Of a stretch of 50,996 bases of DNA, positions 29,318-41,567 are shown in pieces. This DNA comes from Desulfurobacterium sp. GTDB taxonomy: Bacteria > Aquificota > Aquificia > Desulfurobacteriales > Desulfurobacteriaceae. The notes under the pieces were generated by a model that saw nothing but the letters and a program-made list of their open reading frames with translations, ran no database searches and was not told where the DNA came from. The stretch is taken from the NCBI GenBank assembly GCA_026988135.1, contig JALSLT010000059.1, positions 1-50,996 of the forward strand. The letters are read 5' to 3'. Position 1 is the first letter of the stretch. Each line of letters opens with the position of its first letter. The translations under genes were made by a program, and so were the position numbers.

Positions 29318-32131
29318 TCAATATACCAAAATTTCTTTCAGGTATCTACCTGTCCAGGTATCTTTTTTAGTTATCTCTTCAGGTGTTCCGGTAGCGACAA
29401 TTTCCCCCCCTTTATCTCCACCGTCAGGTCCTATGTCTATTACATAATCTGTGCATTTTATAAAGTCAAGGTTGTGTTCTATGACAATTACCGTGTTTCC
29501 CATATCAACCAGTTTTTGAAGAACTTCTATAAGTTTTTTAACGTCGTGAATGTGTAGTCCGGTTGTCGGTTCATCAAGGATGTAAACAGTTTTTCCTGTT
29601 GCCCTTTTTGAAAGCTCTTTGGCAAGTTTTATCCTCTGAGCTTCACCGCCTGAAAGGGTTGTTGCCGGTTGTCCCAGTTTTATGTATGAAAGCCCAACAT
29701 CGTAGAGGGTTTTCAGTTTTCTCATTATTCTTTTGTGATGTTTGAAAAACTCAAGGGCTTCTTCAACGCTCATTTCAAGAATATCGTGAATGTTTTTTCC
29801 TTTGTATGTTATCTCAAGGGTTTCCCTGTTGTATCTTTTCCCGTTACATATGTCGCAGGTTACATAAATATCCGGGAGAAAGTGCATTTCAACTTTAGTA
29901 ACGCCGTCTCCTCTGCACGCTTCGCACCTTCCGCCGGATATGTTGAAGGAGAATCTTCCTTTCTTATATCCTCTCGCTCGTGCTTCAGGTGTTGCTGCAA
30001 ATAGATCTCTTATGAAATCGAAAACTCCTATATATGTTGCAGGATTTGACCTTGGTGTTCTACCTATCGGAGATTGGTCAACATTTATAATTTTATCTAT
30101 ATGTTCCATTCCTTCTATTCTTTTGTGGGTTCCGGGAATAGCTTTGCTTTTGTTAAGTTCTCTCGATATTGCTTTGTAAAGAATTTCATTAATAAGGGTT
30201 GATTTTCCGGAACCTGAAACTCCTGTAACAGATATAAAAACTCCCAGTGGAAATTCAACAGTTATATTCTTAAGATTGTGTTCCTCTGCCCCTATAACTC
30301 TCAGCACTTTTCCTTGCGGTTTTCTTCTTTTTTCAGGAACAGGAATTTTAAGTTTTCCGGACAGATATTTCCCCGTGATTGAGTTTTCGTTGTTCTTTAT
30401 CTCTTCAGCCGTCCCTGTGGCAACAACTTTTCCACCGTGAATCCCGGCTCCCGGTCCCATATCAACTATGAAATCGGCATTTTCTATCGTTTCCGTGTCA
30501 TGTTCAACAACTATTACAGTATTTCCTATATCTCTTAGTTCTTTTAGAGTGTTTATGAGTTTTGTATTATCCCTCTGGTGGAGTCCTATACTTGGCTCAT
30601 CAAGAACATATAAAACTCCTGTTAGTTTTGAACCTATCTGGGTGGCGAGGCGTATTCGCTGAGATTCTCCACCTGAGAGAGTTCCTGTTCTCCTGTCAAG
30701 GCTTATATAATCAAGTCCCACATCAAGTAGGAATTTTAGCCTATTCTTTATCTCTTTAAGGATTCGTTCCGCTATTATTTTTTTTCTTTTTTCGAATTTA
30801 ATTTCTTTGAAAAAACGGTATGCTTTTTTTATGTTTATATTTTCAATGTCGGCTATATTAAAATTTGCTATTTTTACAGACAGGGCTTCTATGTTGAGTC
30901 TTTTACCTTTACAGTGTTCGCAGGGAGTTTCTCCCATATACTCTTCTATCTGTTTTCTGACCGTTTCCGATTCCGTTTCCATGTACCTTCTTTCGAGATG
31001 TTTTATTATTCCTTCAAAGTAGTAAGGTTTGTATTTTCCTTTATTCCATCCGATGGTATTCAATACTCTTACCAATCCTTTTTCGGTATAGAGAATGAAG
31101 TCCAGTTTGCTTTTTTCTATTTCGCCTATAGGTTGATAGGGTGAAATACCGATATGTTCGCATGCTGTTGATACCATATCTTTGATATATTCGAATCTCC
31201 TGTTTTCGCTAATTAGAAAGGCGGATATTACCGGTTTATTCCAATTCATAATAAGATCGGGGTCTATTTTAAGTTTATATCCTATTCCTCCGCAGTTATC
31301 GCATGCTCCCATCGGGCTGTTGAATGAGAAAAGTCTCGGAGATATCTCTTTAAAGCTAAAGCCACACTTTGGACATGCGCCTTTGGTGTTGAAAACTTCC
31401 TCTTTTTGGGAATCGTGGTCAACAATAATAATCAGTCCTTCAGAAAGATTTACGGATATTTCGACGGAGTCTGCTAACCGTGCTTTATCATCTTTTTTTA
31501 TTTTTAACCTGTCAACTATTACGTCTATGGAGTGTTTTGCCCGTTTTTCAAGTTTTAGCTCTTTTGCTTTCTCTATTGTGTAAATTTTTCCATCAATTCT
31601 TACTCTCCTAAATCCCTGCTTTTCAAGCTTTTCTATAAGTTTTTTATGCTCTCCTTTCTGCTCTCTGATAACAGGAGAAAGAATCAGTATCCTTTTTCCT
31701 TCAAACCTTAAAACCCTGTCCACAATTTCCTGAACAGTTTGTGGTTGAATCGGAATGTTGCAGTTAGGACAGTAAGGAGTTCCCACTCTTGCAAAGAGAA
31801 GCCTTAAATAGTCGTGAATCTCTGTTGTTGTTCCAACTGTAGAGCGTGGATTTTTTGATACGGTTTTTTGCTCTATTGATATGGCTGGTGAAAGTCCTTC
31901 TATAAGGTCAACATCAGGTTTTTCCATAAGTTGGAGAAATTGTCTTGCGTAGGATGATAAAGATTCAACGTATCTCCTTTGTCCTTCTGCATAAAGAGTA
32001 TCAAAGGCAAGGGAAGATTTTCCGGAACCGGAAAGCCCTGTGATTACGGTAAAGCTATTTTTAGGTATTTCAAGGTCAACATTCTTTAAGTTATGTTGTC
32101 TTGCACCTTTTATTACAATTTTATCTTTCAT
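29318..32131 (-). CDS. uvrA: excinuclease ABC subunit A
   Basis: Two ABC domains ([16 protein letters not shown]), LSGGE signatures, zinc fingers. Confidence 0.99.
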   Translation of the reverse strand: MKDKIVIKGARQHNLKNVDLEIPKNSFTVITGLSGSGKSSLAFDTLYAEGQRRYVESLSSYARQFLQLMEKPDVDLIEGLSPAISIEQKTVSKNPRSTVGTTTEIHDYLRLLFARVGTPYCPNCNIPIQPQTVQEIVDRVLRFEGKRILILSPVIREQKGEHKKLIEKLEKQGFRRVRIDGKIYTIEKAKELKLEKRAKHSIDVIVDRLKIKKDDKARLADSVEISVNLSEGLIIIVDHDSQKEEVFNTKGACPKCGFSFKEISPRLFSFNSPMGACDNCGGIGYKLKIDPDLIMNWNKPVISAFLISENRRFEYIKDMVSTACEHIGISPYQPIGEIEKSKLDFILYTEKGLVRVLNTIGWNKGKYKPYYFEGIIKHLERRYMETESETVRKQIEEYMGETPCEHCKGKRLNIEALSVKIANFNIADIENINIKKAYRFFKEIKFEKRKKIIAERILKEIKNRLKFLLDVGLDYISLDRRTGTLSGGESQRIRLATQIGSKLTGVLYVLDEPSIGLHQRDNTKLINTLKELRDIGNTVIVVEHDTETIENADFIVDMGPGAGIHGGKVVATGTAEEIKNNENSITGKYLSGKLKIPVPEKRRKPQGKVLRVIGAEEHNLKNITVEFPLGVFISVTGVSGSGKSTLINEILYKAISRELNKSKAIPGTHKRIEGMEHIDKIINVDQSPIGRTPRSNPATYIGVFDFIRDLFAATPEARARGYKKGRFSFNISGGRCEACRGDGVTKVEMHFLPDIYVTCDICNGKRYNRETLEITYKGKNIHDILEMSVEEALEFFKHHKRIMRKLKTLYDVGLSYIKLGQPATTLSGGEAQRIKLAKELSKRATGKTVYILDEPTTGLHIHDVKKLIEVLQKLVDMGNTVIVIEHNLDFIKCTDYVIDIGPDGGDKGGEIVATGTPEEITKKDTWTGRYLKEILVY

Positions 32132-32187
32132 GAAAAAGAAATTTAGTGGAAATTTTCAAATTGTCCATTGGTGATTTCGGGATGATA

Positions 32188-32203
32188 GGGGGCTAATGCC
32201 CCC
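32188..32203 (-). terminator. GC-rich hairpin after ilvC
   Basis: GGGGGC-TAAT-GCCCCC just downstream of the ilvC stop; poor U-tract. Confidence 0.45.
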
Positions 32204-32214
32204 GTATATTTTGA

Positions 32215-33757
<1,543 letters not shown>

Positions 33758-33766
33758 AGCTACCTC

Positions 33767-35506
33767 TTAGCCAACGGCTTTTTTGGAATTTTTTCCGTAC
33801 TTGGGAAGTATCATTTCACTTATTGCTGCTCCTGGAGGAACCATCGGAAAAACATCTTCTTCTCTGTTTACGACAAAGTCTATAACAACGGGTCTGTCAT
33901 TTATACTCATAGCCTCTTTCAGGACTTTTTCAACATCCTCCGGTTTTTCGGCTCTAAGTCCGATTCCTCCCATACTTTCTGTTAGTTTAACAAAGTCCGG
34001 TTGGAACTCAATATCAACCTGTGAATAGTTTCTGTCGTAGAATATTCCTTGCCACTGACGAACCATTCCCAAATATCTATTATTGAGAACGGCTATTTTT
34101 ACGGGTATTTTATAGTGAGAAGCTGTAATTATTTCCTGCATATTCATCTGAAAACTTCCGTCTCCGGAAATACAAAATACGGTTTTGTCAGGATTTCCTA
34201 TTTGTGCTCCTATTGCAGCCGGAACACCGTATCCCATTGTTCCAAGTCCTCCTGAGGTGGCAAGCTGTTTTGGCCTTTTGTATTTGTAATATTGGGCTGC
34301 CCACATTTGATGCTGTCCAACATCCGTTGCTATTATTGCGTCTCCCTGCGTTATTTCATATATCTTCTCTATGACGAATTGAGGTTTTATCACAACATCA
34401 CTTGGTTCATAGTAAAGTGGGTACTTTACTTTCCAGTGCTGGATAGTGTCCATCCATCTATCTCTTTCAATGGATACTTCTCTATTTTTCATAATCTGTT
34501 TTTCGATTTCAGTGAGTAATTCTTCAAGAACGAATTTTGCATCCCCAACTATTGGGATATTGGCTTCTTTTACTTTACCTATTTCGGCACTGTCAACGTC
34601 TATATGTATAATTTTTGCGTTGGGTGCAAATTCGGATACTTTTCCTGTTACTCTGTCATCAAATCTGGCGCCAACTGCGATAAGCAGGTCGCATTCGGTT
34701 ATGGCTGTGTTGGCTGCATATGTGCCATGCATTCCAAGCATTCCAAGAAAATAGGGATGTGTTCCGGGAACGGCACCGAGTCCCATGAGAGTTGTTGTTA
34801 CCGGTATGGTAACAAATTCGGCAAGTTTAAGGATTAAGTCCGAAGCATTGGCTTTTATAACTCCTCCACCAACATATAAAATCGGTCTTTTCGCCTGAGA
34901 TATTGCTTTTGCCGCCCTTTTAATCTGTCCGGGGTGTCCTTTTTTGACAGGCTTGTAACTTCTTGTCTGAATAGGTGATTTGTATTCTTTATCAAAAAAA
35001 TCGGTAATACTTTTCATTACGTCTTTTGGAAGGTCAACAAGAACAACTCCGGGCCTTCCTGTTTTTGCTATGTGAAATGCCTTTTTTATCATATCCGTAA
35101 GGTCGTTTACATTTTTAACCAAGAAGTTGTGTTTTGTTATCGGCCTTGTTATACCAACTGTATCAACTTCCTGGAATGCGTCATTTCCTATCATGAATGT
35201 GGGTACATTTCCTGTAAATGCTACAATAGGGACAGAGTCTATCTGTGCAGTTGCAAGTCCTGTTACAAGGTTTGTTGCTCCCGGTCCCGATGTAGCAAAA
35301 CATACACTTACTTTTCCGGTTGTTCTTGCGTAACCGTCAGCTGCATGGGTAGCTCCCTGCTCGTGTCTGGCAAGTATATGTTTTAAAGGCGTATAGGCGA
35401 GTCTATCGTAGATGTCAAGAACAGCACCTCCGGGATACCCGAAAATGTATTCCGTTCCTTCAAGCTTTAAAGCTTCTAATAGTATTTCCGCGCCGGAAAG
35501 TTTCAT
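33767..35506 (-). CDS. ilvB: acetolactate synthase large subunit
   Basis: [37 protein letters not shown]. Confidence 0.98.
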   Translation of the reverse strand: MKLSGAEILLEALKLEGTEYIFGYPGGAVLDIYDRLAYTPLKHILARHEQGATHAADGYARTTGKVSVCFATSGPGATNLVTGLATAQIDSVPIVAFTGNVPTFMIGNDAFQEVDTVGITRPITKHNFLVKNVNDLTDMIKKAFHIAKTGRPGVVLVDLPKDVMKSITDFFDKEYKSPIQTRSYKPVKKGHPGQIKRAAKAISQAKRPILYVGGGVIKANASDLILKLAEFVTIPVTTTLMGLGAVPGTHPYFLGMLGMHGTYAANTAITECDLLIAVGARFDDRVTGKVSEFAPNAKIIHIDVDSAEIGKVKEANIPIVGDAKFVLEELLTEIEKQIMKNREVSIERDRWMDTIQHWKVKYPLYYEPSDVVIKPQFVIEKIYEITQGDAIIATDVGQHQMWAAQYYKYKRPKQLATSGGLGTMGYGVPAAIGAQIGNPDKTVFCISGDGSFQMNMQEIITASHYKIPVKIAVLNNRYLGMVRQWQGIFYDRNYSQVDIEFQPDFVKLTESMGGIGLRAEKPEDVEKVLKEAMSINDRPVVIDFVVNREEDVFPMVPPGAAISEMILPKYGKNSKKAVG

Positions 35507-35619
35507 TTTTCTGCCTCCTAATTTTTCGGCAAGAGGTTAAAACAGTTGATAAAGGTGAATAATATCATAAAATCTTTAGAGTTTATACACAAGTGACTAA
35601 TTTGGGAGGTGTTCCGTTT

Positions 35620-36903
35620 ATGCTTATAAATGGCGGTTGGTTTACTCCTGATACTGTTTTTGAAAAATTGCTGGTGGCAGGATTTCCCGTTAAACTTTTC
35701 CTGGATTCGGCATATATAGATGGGAAAGTTGGTAGATATTCGTTTATATGTATCGGTGAGAAAGAAAAACTTATCGTTAGGAATAGTTCATATGGTTTTT
35801 TACGATTGAAAGAATTTTATAAAGAAATGAAGAAGCGATATAAAGATTTATTTGGTATTTTTGGATACTTTTCTTATGACGCTGTTCGTTATGTAGAAAA
35901 TTTACCTAATGTTGCTGTTAATGATGTAGGTATGCCTGAAATTTCGTTTTTTCTTCCTGATACCGTAATAGTTTTTGATAATCTTGAAAAACGTATCAAT
36001 ATATTTGGAGAAACTGATTGTAAAGACTTGTTCAATACTGCTTCTTTTTCCGATAGTTTCCATGAGGAATTTTCTTTAAAATTTACCGGGTTTAATATGA
36101 GCAAAGATTATTTTATTAGTTCCGTTGAAAAAATAAAAAAATATATAGAGGCTGGAGATACGTTTCAGGTTAACTTTTCTCAACGTATAGAATTTTCTTT
36201 TTCCGGTTTGCCTATTGAATTATATAGAAAAGTAAAAAGAATGAATCCTTCTCCTTTTTCCTTTTATATGGATATGGATGGTTATGTGGCTGTTTCCTGT
36301 TCTCCGGAAAGGTTGATACGAAAAGTTAATTCTGTAATAGAAACAAGGCCTATTGCCGGGACACGAAAACGGGGGAAAAACAGAACCGAGGATGTTTTTC
36401 TTTCCAGGGAGCTTCTCCTTTCTGAAAAAGAGAAAGCCGAGCATATAATGCTTGTTGACCTTGAAAGGAACGATATGGGAAAAGTTGCTAAATTCGGAAC
36501 GGTCCAGGTTGATGAATTGATGACGATAGAGAAATATTCACATGTCATTCACATAGTTTCCAATGTGATAGGAAAAGTTGATAAGGATGTTCATCCTGTG
36601 GATATAGTAAAAGCGATGTTTCCCGGAGGTACGATAACAGGTGCTCCCAAGGTGAGGACTATGGAAATTATTGAGGAGCTCGAACCGACTCGCAGGGCTT
36701 TATATACAGGATCCGTAGGATATTTCGGTTTCGATGGAAATTTTGATTTTAATATTGTTATAAGGACAATGCTTATGAAAAAAAATCGAGCTTATCTTCA
36801 GGTGGGAGCAGGAGTTGTCTGGGATTCCGTACCTGAGAAGGAGTATGAGGAGACACTTAACAAAGCAAGGGCATTTCTTGAGGTGGGAGATATTAGGGTT
36901 TAA
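35620..36903 (+). CDS. pabB: chorismate-binding enzyme, probably aminodeoxychorismate synthase component I (PabB/TrpE family)
   Basis: SPERL, TRPIAGT, AEHIMLVDLERND, FPGGTITGAPK; NPSPFS and FLDS rather than TrpE NPSPYM/LLES. ATG 35620 follows GGAGG. Confidence 0.7.
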   Translation: MLINGGWFTPDTVFEKLLVAGFPVKLFLDSAYIDGKVGRYSFICIGEKEKLIVRNSSYGFLRLKEFYKEMKKRYKDLFGIFGYFSYDAVRYVENLPNVAVNDVGMPEISFFLPDTVIVFDNLEKRINIFGETDCKDLFNTASFSDSFHEEFSLKFTGFNMSKDYFISSVEKIKKYIEAGDTFQVNFSQRIEFSFSGLPIELYRKVKRMNPSPFSFYMDMDGYVAVSCSPERLIRKVNSVIETRPIAGTRKRGKNRTEDVFLSRELLLSEKEKAEHIMLVDLERNDMGKVAKFGTVQVDELMTIEKYSHVIHIVSNVIGKVDKDVHPVDIVKAMFPGGTITGAPKVRTMEIIEELEPTRRALYTGSVGYFGFDGNFDFNIVIRTMLMKKNRAYLQVGAGVVWDSVPEKEYEETLNKARAFLEVGDIRV

Positions 36904-36925
36904 TGCCGGGATATATATCCCGGCA
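36904..36925. terminator. perfect 22-bp palindrome between convergent genes
   Basis: TGCCGGGATAT|ATATCCCGGCA. Confidence 0.7.
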
Positions 36926-36933
36926 AAGTAGAA

Positions 36934-37167
36934 TTATTGTCCCTCTTCTTTAATCTCTTCTTTTTCCTTTTTTATACCGTCAATAAGTTGTGTTAATTCC
37001 GCTACTGTAGAGTTTTCGAGCCTTTCTTCAAGGATTGTTTTAATGAGCTTGTTTAATTTTAACTCATTATTTCCTGCAATTCCATAGAGTATATAGTACG
37101 TCTTTTTGGGTAGTGAAACTTTTACTGCTTTGTTGGTTCTTTTTCCAGGCTTTCTTCCTCTTACCAT
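36934..37167 (-). CDS. small putative DNA-binding protein (ribbon-helix-helix-like)
   Basis: Strong AAGGAGGA RBS, its own intergenic position, basic RGRKPGKR N-terminus, VKVSLP strand followed by two helices. Confidence 0.75.
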   Translation of the reverse strand: MVRGRKPGKRTNKAVKVSLPKKTYYILYGIAGNNELKLNKLIKTILEERLENSTVAELTQLIDGIKKEKEEIKEEGQ

Positions 37168-37405
37168 AATTCCTCCTTGTAAATTAAAAAACTATAGGCT
37201 ACTAATTTAAAGTTTTATGGGTAAAATTCAACTGTTTTAAATAAAAAACTATAAACTTGTATCACTTCTTGAATAAAAATAAATTTATTGTTGTTACTTA
37301 TTTTTTGGAAATGTCTTCCAACTTAAAGATAATATCAACCATTTTGGTTTTAAGTCTAAAAAGCTATAATTTCATTTGCAAATTTAGTTTTACGGAGAGT
37401 GAAGT

Positions 37406-38491
37406 ATGAAAAATGAAGAATTTCTTCCCAAGTGGCTTGCATGGGAAATAACAAGAAGATGTAACCTTAATTGTATCCATTGTCGTTCCTCTTCCACCAT
37501 GGAATCTGAAGAAGGAGAGTTTACCTTTGAAGAAGCAAAAAAACTGATGGATGATATAGCTACAGTGTCAAAACCTACTATTGTTCTGACAGGTGGAGAG
37601 CCACTTTTGAGGAAAGATGTTTTTGATATTGCCGCTTACGGAACAGAAGAAGGTTTTAGAATGTGTATTGCCACAAACGGTTCTTTGATAGACGATACTG
37701 TGTGTAAAGATATGAAGAGAACGGGTATCCGAATTGTTTCTCTATCTCTTGATGGTTCAACTCCTGAAACTCATGACGATTTTAGGAAGCAGCCAGGGGC
37801 TTTTGATGCTGTTGTAAATGCAGTAGAGCATTTTAAACGTCATGATATTCCCTTCCTTATAAATTCATCTTTTACAAAAAGAAACGCTTTTGACATTCCC
37901 AATGTTTATAAAAAGGCAAGGGAACTTGGTGCAAAAGCGTGGTATATGTTTCTTGTTCTTCCTGTTGGAAGGGGAGAGGAAGCAAATGAGGAGCTTTTAA
38001 ATGCAGATGAGGCAAATTACTGGCTTAACTGGCACTATGAGCTTGAAAAAGATTTGATTTTAAAAGGTGATAGTACTATTCTTGTTCGTCCAACGTGTGC
38101 TCCCCACTATTACAGAATTTTCAGGCAGAATGCTAAAAGGGATGGTCTTGATTTGGAAAGGCGAAATCTTGTTTTTGGAACAGGTGGTGGAAAGGGCTGT
38201 GTGGCGGGACAATCTATCGCTCTTATAGACTGCCACGGCTGGCTTAAACCCTGCAGTTATTTTCCTATTTCCGATGTCAATGTGTTTGATACTCCTTTCA
38301 GCAAAGCCTGGTTTGAATCAAAGATTATGCAGGATATGAGAAAGATAGATGAGTTTAAAGGAAGGTGTGGAGAGTGTGAGTATCTTAAAATCTGTAATGG
38401 TTGCAGAGTAAGGGCTTACTGGAAATATGGAGATTATATGGAAGAAGACCCTGTGTGTGATTATGTTCCTGTTAAAATAAGGAAAGGATGA
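37406..38491 (+). CDS. radical SAM/SPASM protein, AhbD (coproheme decarboxylase/heme b synthase)-like
   Basis: AWEITRRCNLNCIHCR, TGGEPLLR, PTCAPHYYR, GCVAG, KPCSYF, GRCGECEY...CNGCR...DPVC; near hemE. Confidence 0.75.
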   Translation: MKNEEFLPKWLAWEITRRCNLNCIHCRSSSTMESEEGEFTFEEAKKLMDDIATVSKPTIVLTGGEPLLRKDVFDIAAYGTEEGFRMCIATNGSLIDDTVCKDMKRTGIRIVSLSLDGSTPETHDDFRKQPGAFDAVVNAVEHFKRHDIPFLINSSFTKRNAFDIPNVYKKARELGAKAWYMFLVLPVGRGEEANEELLNADEANYWLNWHYELEKDLILKGDSTILVRPTCAPHYYRIFRQNAKRDGLDLERRNLVFGTGGGKGCVAGQSIALIDCHGWLKPCSYFPISDVNVFDTPFSKAWFESKIMQDMRKIDEFKGRCGECEYLKICNGCRVRAYWKYGDYMEEDPVCDYVPVKIRKG

Positions 38492-38511
38492 ACATCCTTT
38501 CCTTATTTTAA
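38472..38511. terminator. 19-bp-arm inverted repeat overlapping the radical SAM stop codon
   Basis: TTAAAATAAGGAAAGGATG-AA-CATCCTTTCCTTATTTTAA. Confidence 0.7.
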
Positions 38512-38519
38512 ATTTGGAT

Positions 38520-39776
38520 TTACGGCCGTGGTGTTGATTGATCTCCTGAAGTATTGTTTTCAAAAGTATTATTATAAGTCGGGTTTGTATAATCTTTACT
38601 ACTAAGAGAAGATTTCCATCCTCTTATGATTCCATAAGCAGCACTTTCCCTTATGGTGGTGTTGTATATGTTTAAAACGTTAACAGCATTATCTATTACT
38701 AAAATATTTCCATCATCATTAGTAGCACTACTGTACCCTGAATATTCTGAATCTCTACCTCCGTATTCTACCGTGCAGTTTTCAAGGAGTCCTTCTGTAA
38801 GTGCATTTTCAAAAATGATTCCTACCCATTGACCTTTTGCCTTGTTTATAGTTGTAAAAGTTGAGTTGTAGGCTTTAAGACCTCCTTCGTAATTGCCAAT
38901 TTTTATACAACTTTCTCCTGCCATTATTACGGTTGTATTTTTTATTTCAAGAGTCGGTGCAGGTGGATCTCCATTGTTGTCCACGTAAAGATCTCCGTTT
39001 ACATAGTATGGAACTCCGACATTTTCCCACGTTCCACTATCTGTAACTTTCCATCCATCACCAGAACCAAGCTGTGTATTAACCAAAATATAGTTTTGTC
39101 CGTTTCCTGTATATTCACCAGGTTTAACGGTAGAAGCAAAATTAGCAGGAATACTTATAGGGAAACCAGTGCAATTTGTTATGGTGTTGTTTATAGAACC
39201 TTGAGCAAATCCGTTTCCGCCGGTAAAAAGAATTCCAATGTCGGCACTTTCTGTTATTTTTGAATTGAGAATTTTTATATTTATCAGAGCACCATCAGCT
39301 ATTATAGCTGCATCTCCAAGACTATAACCAGAATCACCACCTGCGTACATTATTGTTGCATTTGAAATATAAGAAGAGGAAAGTGCCTGATCTTCAAAAA
39401 TAATTCCCGTCCAGTACCCCTTTGTGGGAGATGGTGAGTTTGCGGTGATTGTTACGGGTCTGTCAGATGTTCCGTTTAAAATTAGTCCACCAGGATTTCC
39501 GCTTCCTACATAGATTGCGTATCCTTTGTTAACTTTTATTGTTGTATTTGCTTCAACTTTTAAGGTTGCACCTGATGCGTTTTTTATATACAGGTCTCCA
39601 TCAATTACATGGGTGCATGTATCGTTCCATGTGGTGTCGGTTGATATTGTTTCATTGTGATAACAGATTCTTTCCGAAGATGCTGAAGCTGGTACTTCTG
39701 TGTCGCCTCCGCCACCGCAAGAAGCTGTTAAAAGCAGTAGTGAAATCCCAGAAAGAACAAGAAATTGCTTTTTCAT
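38520..39776 (-). CDS. lipoprotein with right-handed beta-helix-like internal repeats
   Basis: Lipobox LTAS-C20; two copies of the W...GDLY...TL...GGL...KGxWxGIIFE...NxTxxYxG repeat; AAGGAGG RBS. Confidence 0.8.
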   Translation of the reverse strand: MKKQFLVLSGISLLLLTASCGGGGDTEVPASASSERICYHNETISTDTTWNDTCTHVIDGDLYIKNASGATLKVEANTTIKVNKGYAIYVGSGNPGGLILNGTSDRPVTITANSPSPTKGYWTGIIFEDQALSSSYISNATIMYAGGDSGYSLGDAAIIADGALINIKILNSKITESADIGILFTGGNGFAQGSINNTITNCTGFPISIPANFASTVKPGEYTGNGQNYILVNTQLGSGDGWKVTDSGTWENVGVPYYVNGDLYVDNNGDPPAPTLEIKNTTVIMAGESCIKIGNYEGGLKAYNSTFTTINKAKGQWVGIIFENALTEGLLENCTVEYGGRDSEYSGYSSATNDDGNILVIDNAVNVLNIYNTTIRESAAYGIIRGWKSSLSSKDYTNPTYNNTFENNTSGDQSTPRP

Positions 39777-39943
39777 AAAGTCCTCCTTAAATATTGTTTG
39801 GTTGGTCGGTTTGCTTGTTAAGTTTTAGCATTAACAATACTTATTATATAAAGTTTATCAGAAAATTTTAATGCTTCTTATTTAACGGTAGTTTGTTTGC
39901 TATAATTCACTTTAAATTTTAGATTACAGTGCAGGAGAAATCT

Positions 39944-40978
39944 ATGAAAGACCATCCGATTTTAAAAGCTGCTCGTGGTGAAAAGTCAGATTACGTTCCG
40001 ATATGGATTATGAGGCAGGCAGGAAGATATTCTGCAAAATACAGAGAGATAAGGGCGAATGCAGGTTCGTTTATGGATTTATGTAGAAATCCGAAACTTG
40101 CCGCAGAGGTTACCCTTTTACCTATTCATGAAATAGGAGTTGATGCAGCTATTCTTTTTTCTGATATTTTTGTTCCTGTTGAAAAAATGGGTATAAATAT
40201 TGATTTTGTTTCTGGTAAGGGACCTGTTCTTTCTCCAGTTGTTAAAACGGTTGATGATGTGGAAGCTTTAAAAGTTCCCGAACCGGAAAAGGACCTTCCT
40301 TACGTTATTGAAACTATACAGCTTATTAAGAAAAATTTAACAGACCGTCCTTTAATAGGATTTTCGGGAGCCCCTTTTACTCTTGCAAGTTATATCCTTG
40401 AAGGTGGAAGTACGAAAGATTATCTTGCTGCAAAAGCTACGATGTGGAATAGTCCCGAGTTGTGGGATAAGCTTATGACCAAACTTTCTGAGGTTGTTAC
40501 CAAATATCTCATTTCACAGATAGAAGCTGGAGTTGACCTTATCCAGATTTTTGATTCCTGGATGGGGGTTTTGTCTGCTGAAGATTATGAAAATCACGTT
40601 TTCCCTTATACTGAAAAAATAGTTAATTCCATAAGGGAGAAATATCCTGAAACACCTATTATTCACTTTGGTGTAAATAGTAGTCATCTTTTGGGAATAA
40701 ATAACAGGTTAAATGTTGATGTTATAGGGCTTGATTGGAGGACAGATATCTCTTCCACTATTGAAAAAATAGATAAATCGATTCAGGGAAATCTTGACCC
40801 TGTAGCTCTTTTTGCTGATGATAGAATAATTGTTGAAAAGGTTGAAAGGGTTGTAATGGAAGGAAAAAAGGCAAGGGGGCACATTTTTAATCTTGGACAC
40901 GGTATTCTTCCTAAAACAGACCCTACAAAAGCAAAGTTTTTAGTTGAAACCGTTCATAAAATAGGTAAAACCGTTTAA
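39944..40978 (+). CDS. hemE: uroporphyrinogen decarboxylase
   Basis: PIWIMRQAGRY, DAAILFSDI, GAPFTLASY, QIFDSW, QGNLDP, NLGHGI. ATG 39944 follows AGGAG. Confidence 0.97.
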   Translation: MKDHPILKAARGEKSDYVPIWIMRQAGRYSAKYREIRANAGSFMDLCRNPKLAAEVTLLPIHEIGVDAAILFSDIFVPVEKMGINIDFVSGKGPVLSPVVKTVDDVEALKVPEPEKDLPYVIETIQLIKKNLTDRPLIGFSGAPFTLASYILEGGSTKDYLAAKATMWNSPELWDKLMTKLSEVVTKYLISQIEAGVDLIQIFDSWMGVLSAEDYENHVFPYTEKIVNSIREKYPETPIIHFGVNSSHLLGINNRLNVDVIGLDWRTDISSTIEKIDKSIQGNLDPVALFADDRIIVEKVERVVMEGKKARGHIFNLGHGILPKTDPTKAKFLVETVHKIGKTV

Positions 40979-40990
40979 AATTTTTTATTT

Positions 40991-41022
40991 AAGCAGAGAC
41001 TGAAGCAGTTCTCTGCTTTTTT
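40991..41022. terminator. intrinsic terminator after hemE
   Basis: AAGCAGAGACTG-AAG-CAGTTCTCTGCTT hairpin with a T-tract. Confidence 0.75.
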
Positions 41023-41027
41023 AGATT

Positions 41028-41567
41028 TTAACTGTTTGTGGCAAATTCCCCGGATTTTTTGTTTAAAAGTTTTTCTATAATCACGCTCATTATTATTACA
41101 AAAATAACTGTTAGAATTAGTCTTGCAATCATAAATTTAAAACCCAAAAATTGCAATTCTACCATTTCCTGTGGAATTTTTATGCAAGCCCATGCGGAGA
41201 GAAAAGCGATAATACAGGAAATACTTGCCCCTTTTTTTAGTAGAGAGGAGGCAATAGGGAAAGCAACATAAAGGGGCCCCGTAGGAAGAGTCCCCATAAG
41301 TATGCCCAGGAAAATCGCTTTTATACCTGCTGTTTTTCCCAGATGTTTTACTATTAAATCGTTTGGAATAAATACGGAAAATAAACCCATAAGTATCATT
41401 ATTGCGGGAAGTATAGATATCATTTCAATAAAGAATTTCCATGAAATTGTTATTACGATTTCTCTTTTGGATGGAACCAGATAGAGTAAAACAACAGTTA
41501 TAATTACTGTTATAAGCAGTGCTATAAGGTCTTGTTTCATGTTTTTATTGTCATTACCGTTCTTCAT
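41028..41567 (-). CDS. small permease (DUF318/ArsP-like half-size)
   Basis: Hydrophobic; GPLYVAFPIASSLLKKGAS, IPQEMVELQFLG; paralog of the upstream gene. Confidence 0.8.
   Translation of the reverse strand: MKNGNDNKNMKQDLIALLITVIITVVLLYLVPSKREIVITISWKFFIEMISILPAIMILMGLFSVFIPNDLIVKHLGKTAGIKAIFLGILMGTLPTGPLYVAFPIASSLLKKGASISCIIAFLSAWACIKIPQEMVELQFLGFKFMIARLILTVIFVIIMSVIIEKLLNKKSGEFATNS

Noticed and set aside
35507-35619. ilv leader peptide/attenuator
   Set aside because: The short divergent spacer has no Ile/Leu/Val-rich mini-ORF or terminator hairpin.
38489-38511. Selenocysteine readthrough at the radical SAM TGA next to a hairpin
   Set aside because: The protein is already complete after the SPASM domain, the TGA lies inside the hairpin rather than upstream of it, and an in-frame TAA follows within a few codons.
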